DNA of 14,264 nucleotides from Fibrobacteria bacterium (GTDB lineage Bacteria; Fibrobacterota; Fibrobacteria; UBA11236): NCBI GenBank assembly GCA_043732185.1, contig JAYTHY010000039.1, positions 1 to 14,264 of the forward strand, read 5' to 3'. Shown piece by piece: positions 7,047 to 14,264 of this stretch (position 1 is its first letter; each line of letters starts with the position of its first letter). The notes under the pieces were generated by a model. It saw only the letters and a program-made list of their open reading frames with translations, ran no database searches and was not told where the DNA came from. The position numbers and the translations under genes were made by a program.

Positions 7047-8321
7047 TTATTGGAATATCACCAATGCCTTTGAAGCTGAAATTTTAGGCCCCTGTAGCCG
7101 CACCTGATAGATCCCCCTGTTCAAACTAGACATATCAATGCTTTCCACTCCCGATACAGAAACTCCAGCTCGGCTATAGATGATTCGACCCTGTTCATCC
7201 GCAATGCTTAGTGTCATTTTTCCATCGTGTGGTAGACCAATATCCATGGTCTGGATTCCACGCATCTTTCCCAGGTTAAAGGAAAGGTGCATCTGAAAAG
7301 CCGGGCTAACCTGGTAGGAATTTCTTCCTTGTGAAGTCGTCGCCTTAGGCAGCAGTTTGAGCATGGACTTGGCAAAATCATCGCCTATCATGAAATAACT
7401 TTCCGCGTTGCCATAAAAGTGATGTCCATGGCTTGTGTTGGGGGATTCCATGGCCGGTCTCACGTACTTGGCGGTTTTTACATAGGTTATTTGTCCAGCG
7501 AATTCCGGTCGATTGGCAACGGCCTGCTGAGCCTTCTGGATGTCCAGGGCATTGGTTTGCATCGCCAACGCGTCCACGCCACATTCTTCCCCGATCACAA
7601 CAGGAAGCTTTGGCACATTGAATTCCTTGCGAACATCCTTGATCAAATTTGCGCAGTTGACTTCATAGGCGGCAATCTTGGCGGGATCGAGATGGTCGTT
7701 AAAGCCATGGAACCAAACAAATCCGGCAATCTCATATCCTTTGCCATCATAGCCTGGAAAGTCGGCGGCGATATTGTTCAAGCCTTCATGGAAATACTGA
7801 ATCATGGTGGTGTAGAAAGGACCCACTGTTCCCCCTGAACTTGGAGGACGAAAATCCACTGCCAAATCTCTCCCACCCCAAGCCGCCTTGATGATAAGCA
7901 CTTGATTGCCAATGGAATCGCTCATGACATGTCCAAATTGATATTCCGTCCCAAAATGATGGAGATCCCCATAAACGGAGTAACCTAATCCCAAGTCGCC
8001 TTTAAAGAGTACGGTGGGTGAGGTTCGATATCGAGCCCAAACGTCCGTCCACACTCTCCAGTTTCCGGCATTGTCTTTCAGTCCGGCATACTGGGCTTTA
8101 AGCGGTGAGTTAGCCATGACATATTCAAGATTGCCTTTGCCTCCATTAAAATCAGTGGGACTGTTGAGATCGACTACAGCCTGACCTTCCATATTGGATT
8201 GTCCCGCCATCAGAAAAACTTTGATCGGGCTGGTGCCCGGTTGATCGGCAAGGGCATTGGCACATAAAATCAGACCTGAAAAGAAAAAAAGTTTAAATGC
8301 CGAACGTGTTTCTTGTCGCAT
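7047..8321 (-). CDS. Secreted sialate O-acetylesterase / CE6-like SGNH esterase (SASA domain) with a T9SS-like C-terminal sorting domain
   Basis: An AGGAGG SD favours ATG 8321. Signal ends ALA. Motifs include VFLMAGQSNMEG (catalytic Ser), FGTE..FG, IIKAAWGG..L..DFRPPS, GFVWFHGFND and GHHFYGNAESY. The C-terminal ~75 aa (LSIADEQGRII...IDMSSLNRGIYQVRL...SKALVI) resemble a T9SS type A CTD. Confidence 0.88.
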   Translation of the reverse strand: MRQETRSAFKLFFFSGLILCANALADQPGTSPIKVFLMAGQSNMEGQAVVDLNSPTDFNGGKGNLEYVMANSPLKAQYAGLKDNAGNWRVWTDVWARYRTSPTVLFKGDLGLGYSVYGDLHHFGTEYQFGHVMSDSIGNQVLIIKAAWGGRDLAVDFRPPSSGGTVGPFYTTMIQYFHEGLNNIAADFPGYDGKGYEIAGFVWFHGFNDHLDPAKIAAYEVNCANLIKDVRKEFNVPKLPVVIGEECGVDALAMQTNALDIQKAQQAVANRPEFAGQITYVKTAKYVRPAMESPNTSHGHHFYGNAESYFMIGDDFAKSMLKLLPKATTSQGRNSYQVSPAFQMHLSFNLGKMRGIQTMDIGLPHDGKMTLSIADEQGRIIYSRAGVSVSGVESIDMSSLNRGIYQVRLQGPKISASKALVIFQ

Positions 8322-8479
8322 CACGGGCCTCCTGTTTTTTGGCTAGAATTAGGCCGATTCAATCGCCCAAGTGGAAAATTTATCTTCTAAAGCAAGAATC
8401 GGGTTGCCAGGTAGAATCTATTTAGGGCTTCTTTTGGCGTAAATCACATTATTGGAAATGGTTTTGACCAAAAATGGGT

Positions 8480-11400
8480 TTAAAGTTTGCGATTTTTAAG
8501 AGTCAAATCCTTTAGGAGGAGTCGTTTCTCAGTAAGCTGGATGGAATCCAAGGCGGTTTTTTCATTTTCCGGAACGCCCGCCTTGACGGTCATCTTATTG
8601 AGGTAAAGTTCCATGTCCAATTCAGCCAGTGATTTTTCGGACCAAGAAACCGGCTTGTCCAAATTCAATAGGGCTTGGCGGATTTCCTGGGGTAAGCTGC
8701 TTACACTTTGGTTCAAGGCTGCTATCCGCTGGTAAAACTGATCACGGATTTCTTTTGAACCTTTGCGGATTTTTTCCATAATGGCCTGGTTTTTTTCCCA
8801 GGCCTGGAGAGCTTCAGCCCAGCCCCCAGTGGGAAAAATGTCTTCCATGAAAAAAGACTTTTCATGGATAGTATTCTTTTTGATAGAAGCAATCTGGTTG
8901 GACTCCGACTCAAAACCTGCAAGCACGAAATCTGGTAGTCGCATTTCCCACGCCTTGGCCAGCCAAGCCGAAAAAAATGGGGAGAGTAGTATTTCCATGC
9001 TTTGGGGAGTTGTGGCGAGCTGCGTTAAAATTTCCTGACTTAAATTCTTGCTGTGTACTGCTGGTTGAGTAAGCGTCTGAAACCAATTCCGAAAACATCG
9101 GCGGGATATAAAGGCGGCACCGAGACACAAGGCTACTGCCACCCAAGACCCGGTTTCCTCACTCAGCACGACTGCCTTACTTAAAGCTGCCAGCGATTTA
9201 ACTTGCACTTTTGCTTTGCTGGATAAGCGAGCCAGTGGGAGCGGCATATCTTTTTCAGCCCTGGCCAAGGCCTCAGAACCATAGGTTTCCAGGTAACAGC
9301 TGGGTAACCATTGGGTACATATCAGTTCCCGCAGTTTTTCCGTTTGCTTGCGAACACGCTCCGGGCAACTCCGGCCCTCCAGTACTATCTGAAACCGGCG
9401 GTTAAAAAATACCGACAGAGCTGCCTTCGTTTCATCCTCAATGGAAGGCAGCTTCGAGCGAGTAGTATTGGCAATGCGGAGATGAAAAGCGGCCTCCTCT
9501 GAGCTTTGAAAAAATCCGGTCACAGGAGGATTTTTTAAGTCCGGATTAGAGGTCTGTCCCAGGGGATCTGCACCATAATACCGGCCTCTCCAGGCCAGGG
9601 CTGGGGGAATAGTTTCAAAATTCTGCAGAGTAGCATCGGTCCATTCCGTCCAAGTTCTGGGTACGGCGGGATCTCCGAAAAGGATTTTTCTAACTGCGGA
9701 AAACAGTTCTGAATCGCCCATACTCGGATCTACGTGCAGAAGAAATCTTCGACCATTGGAACTGGTTATAAAGATGTGGATTTGGGTGTGAGCGGGCCAA
9801 GTAGCTGGAAAGGTAACGGCGGCTTGGGAGGCTTCCAGGCCTGCATCTTTCAGAAACGCAATCACGGTTTGGACCAAAGTTTTGCACGGAGGGAAAGAGC
9901 CTTCCGGCCAAGCGACGAGAATGTCATCGATTCGGGACCGCAACTGTTCCGCCGACTTTGTTCCCAGCCGCTCCAGATAATATTCCCAAATCCATTTTCT
10001 CCAGATTGGGATTCCCACTACCAGATCAGACATAGATAATGCGGCAAGTCCCTGAGGGTCGGTTTCCAGGGATATCCCATCCAGTGGGTCACCGAAATCG
10101 AAACGGTAACTGAGGCGATACCTCTTCCCTTGTGACTCCAAGGTATCGGGGAAAACACTTTCAATGCCAAACTTACCGGGCGTCCATTTCTCCCAATAAA
10201 TGGGATCGAGAGCCGCCGACCAGGTTTGAATAGAAAATTCCAGACTGGGTGCTTGTGGATCCTTTAATAGTTTCCCGAGGGAAATCTTCGAGGTCACCAT
10301 CGGGGCCTGCTGACGGTACCAATGCACCAAGGTATCTTCGTCCGGTACCAATCCACGCGTCCGGGTTTTGTTTTCCAGAACGGCCAAGGCGGCGAGAATG
10401 GAATCATTATGTTCCCGAAATGGAAAGGGTGCGCCCGAGCCTTCTCGGATCACACCTTCGCGCCAGAATATTTCCGCGCACGCTTCCGGATCCACCGATT
10501 CATAATTGATGCGGCGGTCCTGGCGGATGGCGAAGCCTTTATAAGTAACGCGCTCCAACGCTTCGACAAATCCTCGCTCGCCATTCCAGAAAATATTCAC
10601 ATAGGCCCGTTTGCAGGCATCCGGGGCCAAGTCCTCGATCCAAGCGGGTTTAATTTCGCAGGCTCTGAAAATATAAACGCGCGAGGTCTGCCTGATTTCT
10701 CCGGCCACAATCCATTCCGGCTTGGCCTTGACCAATGCGGAACCAGGATGCAATGCCGCTTCCTTATCTCCCGCCAACCGGTACGCGGTGCCATCTGGAA
10801 CCTTGCGCGCCAAAAAAGGCATGAAGCCGGCCAAAATGGATTTGTGGAACAAATCGGAATCAATGGATTCGGCCTTGATAGCTCCCGGATCGAGGGTAAC
10901 CTTGAGGAGACGGCAGAATTGTTCAGTCAGTTCCATCCATTCCCTAACCCGACTGTAGGATAAAAAGTTTTCCACGCACAACGCCCGCAATCGGCGCTGG
11001 GAATTGGTTTCTCCCCAATTTCTTTGGATCCAAACCCATAACGCCAACACACCCATAAAGTCTGATCGCGGGTCTTCAAACCTCCGGTGCAATCCCGTAG
11101 CCTTGCCTCGCTCCGGTTCTTCACGGGGTGTGAAGCGGGGATCCTGCACAGTGATGCCGGCAGCCAGAATGAGTGCGGGTTGCAAGGCTCCCAATTTCGC
11201 GGCGGTCAATAGGATTTTTCCTATGGCAACATCGACGGGGAGTTGACTGAGTTTCCGGCCTTCTTCGGTAAGCCTGGCATCCATATCCGAACTTGTTAAT
11301 GCACCCAGCTCGAACAATTGGCGATACGATCCTTTCAGCGCTGCCGACGCAGGGGGATCGGGAAAAGGAAAGTCAGCCACGGGCAGGCCTAAGGCCAATA

Positions 11401-12547
11401 GTTGCAGCACTACGTTAGCCAGATTGCTGCGCAAGATTTCCGGCTCGGTAAAATCGATGCGTTCGTTCAAATCCGTTTCTGAATAGAGACGCACGCACAC
11501 GCCCGGTTTGACGCGGCCGGCACGGCCCGCCCGTTGGCGCGCACTGGCCTTGGAAATGCGCTCGATAGGCAAGCCCTGGATTTTTGTATGCGGATGGTAC
11601 CTGGAGATGCGGGCCAGCCCCATGTCCACCACATAGCCGATGCCGGGAATGGTTAAAGATGTTTCCGCGATGTTGGTGGCCAGAATTATTTTCGGGCGGC
11701 CCCCTTCCTCAAATACTTTTCGTTGATCGGCCGGACCCAAGCGACCGTAAAGAGGCAAGATGGAAAAATTTTTTCCCAGATCCCGCTCCAATTCCCGGTG
11801 GAGTTCGTGAATCTCTTTTTCCGTCGGGAGAAATGCCAGCAGATTATCGGGCCTGCGGCTTTGCAATTCCCGAATAGCAATAGCGGCCGCCTCCAGAGGT
11901 GGAAAGGCACGGGTGGGTTGGCCGTCTTCATCTTCATCCGCATCTTCTTTACCAGAGATGTCCCAATATTCCAGGGCCACGGGAAATTGACGGCCTTCTA
12001 CTTCTACAACCGGTGCCGGGGTTTTGCCCGTACCCAAAAACTCGGCAAAGCGATTGGCATCCAAGGTCGCCGAGGTCACCACCAAACGGAATTCGGGACG
12101 ACGCGGGAGCAGGGTTTTGAAAATCCCAAGCAAGATGTCCACATTCAGCGATCGTTCATGGGCTTCGTCCAAAATGACGCAGGCATATTGGCGCATCAAA
12201 GGGTCACGGCGGAATTCCTGGAGGAGAATGCCGTCGGTCATAACTTTAACCAAAGCACCGGCGGGTACATCTTCATGGAAACGAATCTTGGCTCCAATGA
12301 GATCCGCTCGACCGGTTTCTTGACGCAGTCGATCCGTGATGGAAAGCGCGGCTATACGGCGGGGTTGCGTGATCCCAATGCGACCTTCAGCAGCAAAACC
12401 CGCTTCTAGCAGAAACTTGGGTAGCTGAGTGGTCTTACCGGAACCCGTTCCGCCCTGAACGACTAGCGCCTGGTTTTCCTTCAGCGCTTTAAGGATTGTA
12501 TCCCGACACGCTAAGATCGGCAGTTCTGGATATGAAAAGGAAAACAT
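8480..12547 (-). CDS. hrpA: ATP-dependent DEAH-box RNA helicase HrpA
   Basis: Motifs GSGKTTQLP, TQPRRIAA, MTDGILL, DEAHERSLN, SAT, ATNIAETSLTIPGI and QRAGRAGR are present, along with HA2 and OB regions and a DUF3418-like FPD...LSYRF...DGI segment. 1355 aa, intact. Confidence 0.95.
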   Translation of the reverse strand: MFSFSYPELPILACRDTILKALKENQALVVQGGTGSGKTTQLPKFLLEAGFAAEGRIGITQPRRIAALSITDRLRQETGRADLIGAKIRFHEDVPAGALVKVMTDGILLQEFRRDPLMRQYACVILDEAHERSLNVDILLGIFKTLLPRRPEFRLVVTSATLDANRFAEFLGTGKTPAPVVEVEGRQFPVALEYWDISGKEDADEDEDGQPTRAFPPLEAAAIAIRELQSRRPDNLLAFLPTEKEIHELHRELERDLGKNFSILPLYGRLGPADQRKVFEEGGRPKIILATNIAETSLTIPGIGYVVDMGLARISRYHPHTKIQGLPIERISKASARQRAGRAGRVKPGVCVRLYSETDLNERIDFTEPEILRSNLANVVLQLLALGLPVADFPFPDPPASAALKGSYRQLFELGALTSSDMDARLTEEGRKLSQLPVDVAIGKILLTAAKLGALQPALILAAGITVQDPRFTPREEPERGKATGLHRRFEDPRSDFMGVLALWVWIQRNWGETNSQRRLRALCVENFLSYSRVREWMELTEQFCRLLKVTLDPGAIKAESIDSDLFHKSILAGFMPFLARKVPDGTAYRLAGDKEAALHPGSALVKAKPEWIVAGEIRQTSRVYIFRACEIKPAWIEDLAPDACKRAYVNIFWNGERGFVEALERVTYKGFAIRQDRRINYESVDPEACAEIFWREGVIREGSGAPFPFREHNDSILAALAVLENKTRTRGLVPDEDTLVHWYRQQAPMVTSKISLGKLLKDPQAPSLEFSIQTWSAALDPIYWEKWTPGKFGIESVFPDTLESQGKRYRLSYRFDFGDPLDGISLETDPQGLAALSMSDLVVGIPIWRKWIWEYYLERLGTKSAEQLRSRIDDILVAWPEGSFPPCKTLVQTVIAFLKDAGLEASQAAVTFPATWPAHTQIHIFITSSNGRRFLLHVDPSMGDSELFSAVRKILFGDPAVPRTWTEWTDATLQNFETIPPALAWRGRYYGADPLGQTSNPDLKNPPVTGFFQSSEEAAFHLRIANTTRSKLPSIEDETKAALSVFFNRRFQIVLEGRSCPERVRKQTEKLRELICTQWLPSCYLETYGSEALARAEKDMPLPLARLSSKAKVQVKSLAALSKAVVLSEETGSWVAVALCLGAAFISRRCFRNWFQTLTQPAVHSKNLSQEILTQLATTPQSMEILLSPFFSAWLAKAWEMRLPDFVLAGFESESNQIASIKKNTIHEKSFFMEDIFPTGGWAEALQAWEKNQAIMEKIRKGSKEIRDQFYQRIAALNQSVSSLPQEIRQALLNLDKPVSWSEKSLAELDMELYLNKMTVKAGVPENEKTALDSIQLTEKRLLLKDLTLKNRKL

Positions 12548-12550
12548 GAA

Positions 12551-13195
12551 TTATGGGTGTATTGAAGAAGTTGGACTCTGGGGCGACGCGTTCAATAATG
12601 TCCGCGCCCTAATCCAGGCCCTGATTTGCAGCTCCTCCACTTCCGGATGGAATAAACCTATCAGTCCCACCAAGAACTTTTCCCCGCGAGGTGGAAAACC
12701 ATCCGCCAGGTAGCCATTGAGTTTTTCTTGCAATGCTTCAGTAAAATTGAGATCTTGCATCAATTTGGTGTTAGCGTCCGTCTCACCTGCCAAGTTGTCG
12801 CAGCTGATGCGAAAGACTTCATCCGAGGCCGTTGCAAAGACCCATTCCAAGGCCTGCGGACCCGCTTCCGCCTGGAAGAACGCCTGCTGAGCCTGCTCGT
12901 CCCGGCCATCCGGTCGGTACCAATATCCATAGTCGTCTTGCATTCGACGTACCTTGCCTGCAATGCACCAGTGAGCGACTTCATGAAAACAGCTGTTTAA
13001 ATAGTCGCGCGTGAAGCGAATTTCCGCAGGGTCATTGCCTTTGGGTGCCAAATAGAAAGGTTCCTGAAACCCACCCAATAATTTAACCGGATAATCCTCA
13101 TACTGCAGCCGAATCCCTGTATCCGCCGTGCCTGCAAATAGTGTTTGGAACAGTTCAATTATTTGGGAACGCTTTTCCTCCGGATTCCATTGCAT
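12551..13195 (-). CDS. epmC: Elongation factor P hydroxylase (EpmC/YfcM family)
   Basis: GG..EPFY.., IRFTRDYLNSCFHEVAHWCIAGKVRR..DDYGYWY.PDGRD...Q..F...E..PQALEW and FRISCDNL are YfcM signatures. Start re-called to ATG 13195 (MQWNPEE), 16 nt after the msrA stop, instead of the overlapping 13297. Confidence 0.92.
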   Translation of the reverse strand: MQWNPEEKRSQIIELFQTLFAGTADTGIRLQYEDYPVKLLGGFQEPFYLAPKGNDPAEIRFTRDYLNSCFHEVAHWCIAGKVRRMQDDYGYWYRPDGRDEQAQQAFFQAEAGPQALEWVFATASDEVFRISCDNLAGETDANTKLMQDLNFTEALQEKLNGYLADGFPPRGEKFLVGLIGLFHPEVEELQIRAWIRARTLLNASPQSPTSSIHP

Positions 13196-13211
13196 ATGCT
13201 TCAAATCCGTG

Positions 13212-13832
13212 TCAACGCGCAGGCGCGGCATTCCAAATTTTGCGTAAGAATTTATCCCGGCCAGACATCTTGGTGTACAATTTGAATCGGCCCGCATTCT
13301 TTTTATAAAAATCTTGATGGTTTTCTTCGGCGGGATAGAAGGGAGTGGCGGAAACGATTTCCGTCAACACCCGCTTGCCCTTTCCATAACGGTGCTGCTT
13401 TTCCAAACGCTGCTTGGAATCCATCGCCTGCTGCCTTTGAATGGCATCGGCATAATAAATGACAGGCCGGAACTGAGGACCTAAGTCGGAAAATTGTCCA
13501 TCTTCCCGAGTGGGATCGATATTTCTCCAATAGGCACCCAAGAGTTTAGTATACGTTACAATTTTAGGATTGAAGCGAACTTGAACGGCTTCCACATGAT
13601 CGCTTTTTCCTTCTGATACATTCGCATAATTTGGAAGGGTATCGAGACCGCCCGTATACCCAGCGGTGACAGATAAGACACCTGGTAGTATTTCGAATAC
13701 GGGTTCCATACTCCAGAAGGATCCACCTGCAAAAGTGGCTGTCATAACAGTGTCATCCACTTTGGATGCCGGCCATCCCATACTTACCAAAAATAAAATG
13801 GAATACTTTAGAGGGGAAATTATCTGAGGCAT
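13212..13832 (-). CDS. msrA: Peptide methionine sulfoxide reductase MsrA homolog lacking the catalytic Cys, probably exported
   Basis: ATFAGGSFWSME, GYTGG, PNY..V, HVEAVQV.F.P, IDPT..DGQF.D.G.QFR and FYPAEE.HQDFY are MsrA-fold motifs. The N-terminus is hydrophobic and signal-like. There is no Cys anywhere in the 206 aa. Confidence 0.9.
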   Translation of the reverse strand: MPQIISPLKYSILFLVSMGWPASKVDDTVMTATFAGGSFWSMEPVFEILPGVLSVTAGYTGGLDTLPNYANVSEGKSDHVEAVQVRFNPKIVTYTKLLGAYWRNIDPTREDGQFSDLGPQFRPVIYYADAIQRQQAMDSKQRLEKQHRYGKGKRVLTEIVSATPFYPAEENHQDFYKKNAGRFKLYTKMSGRDKFLRKIWNAAPAR

Positions 13833-13989
13833 AGGCTGTATGGGGAATCTCCCCTAGCCCTTTAAATTAACAACCTTTTCTTCTCTTTTGCGAGTCCAAA
13901 CCCTTCGGATCCGCTCCATTACTTGGAAACGAAGCAATTTATAGAGAGGAGGACATTTGATCCTGCTTCCAGATTTTTAAGCTTTAAGC

Positions 13990-14264
13990 GTGTACCTCTT
14001 CTCAAAATATTTCAATCCGCAGAATTTTATTTTTGCGGACTGCCTGAAAAATGGAAACCTGGAAATGGGTCCAGACCAATATGCTTTGCAGGTTGTCACC
14101 GGCCTCAAGGATACCTACCATCTTACGGTACGCAATTCCATCTGGCCAATGCACCCAGGCCCATCTGCATTGACGCCCCTTAGCACTTCTCAAAATGATT
14201 TGCATTCCGATACCTCCCATGTGGAACTCGGCGACGACGGTAGCTTTGCGCTTAAGGCCAGAAG
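13990..14264 (+). CDS. Partial ORF running off the right edge, function undetermined
   Basis: Frame 1 is open from 13981 to the end. GTG 13990 gives MYLFSKYFNPQNFIFADCLKNGNLEMGPDQYALQVVTGLKDTYHLTVRNSIWPMHPGPS...VELGDDGSFALKAR. It is divergent from msrA and not in the ORF track. The start is uncertain (alternative ATG 14065). Confidence 0.55.
   Translation, partial: MYLFSKYFNPQNFIFADCLKNGNLEMGPDQYALQVVTGLKDTYHLTVRNSIWPMHPGPSALTPLSTSQNDLHSDTSHVELGDDGSFALKAR

Noticed and set aside
10322..12409. Long plus-strand ORFs (213 aa, 228 aa and others)
   Set aside because: They are antisense shadows of the GC-richer hrpA, with no independent evidence.
13196..13297. N-terminal extension of epmC overlapping msrA
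   Set aside because: It has no family similarity, and ATG 13195 avoids the overlap.
13710..13721. Selenocysteine MsrA explanation
   Set aside because: The codons are TCC and AGT (Ser), not TGA.
13945..13980. Strong SD (AGAGGAGGA) followed by a 7-codon TTG uORF upstream of the right-edge ORF
   Set aside because: It is too short to support as a leader peptide from sequence alone, and no attenuator structure is seen.
1..14264. CRISPR arrays, tRNA/rRNA genes, IS elements, integrases
   Set aside because: No spaced repeats, cloverleaf structures, terminal inverted repeats or transposase/integrase motifs were seen by eye.

Overview
Bacterial chromosomal window. The organism is probably an FCB-group diderm, possibly Fibrobacterota; this is inferred only from the PorV-family barrel and a cargo with a T9SS-like C-terminal domain. 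At the left end is a visibly more AT-rich minus-strand two-gene cassette. The first gene (954-583) is a small secreted protein resembling the OB-fold B subunits of AB5 toxins (StxB-like). The second is a secreted Cys-rich phospholipase A2 (547 to <1) that is absent from the ORF track because it runs off the window. Together they form a candidate PLA2-armed AB5-like toxin, or an effector/immunity pair. Next to the cassette lie a decayed dprA 3' remnant and a frameshifted ftsB/divIC. These are followed by an outer-membrane barrel plus lipoprotein pair and a membrane-anchored MuF-like Cys/His protein overlapping a PorV-family gene. That PorV carries a ~420 aa beta-propeller plus LysM-like insertion. 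Then come a convergent SASA/CE6-type acetylesterase with a C-terminal sorting-like domain, a tight msrA-epmC-hrpA operon whose MsrA is entirely cysteine-free (GGSFWS instead of GGCFWC), and a partial ORF at the right edge. All calls come from reading motifs by eye; no searches were run.
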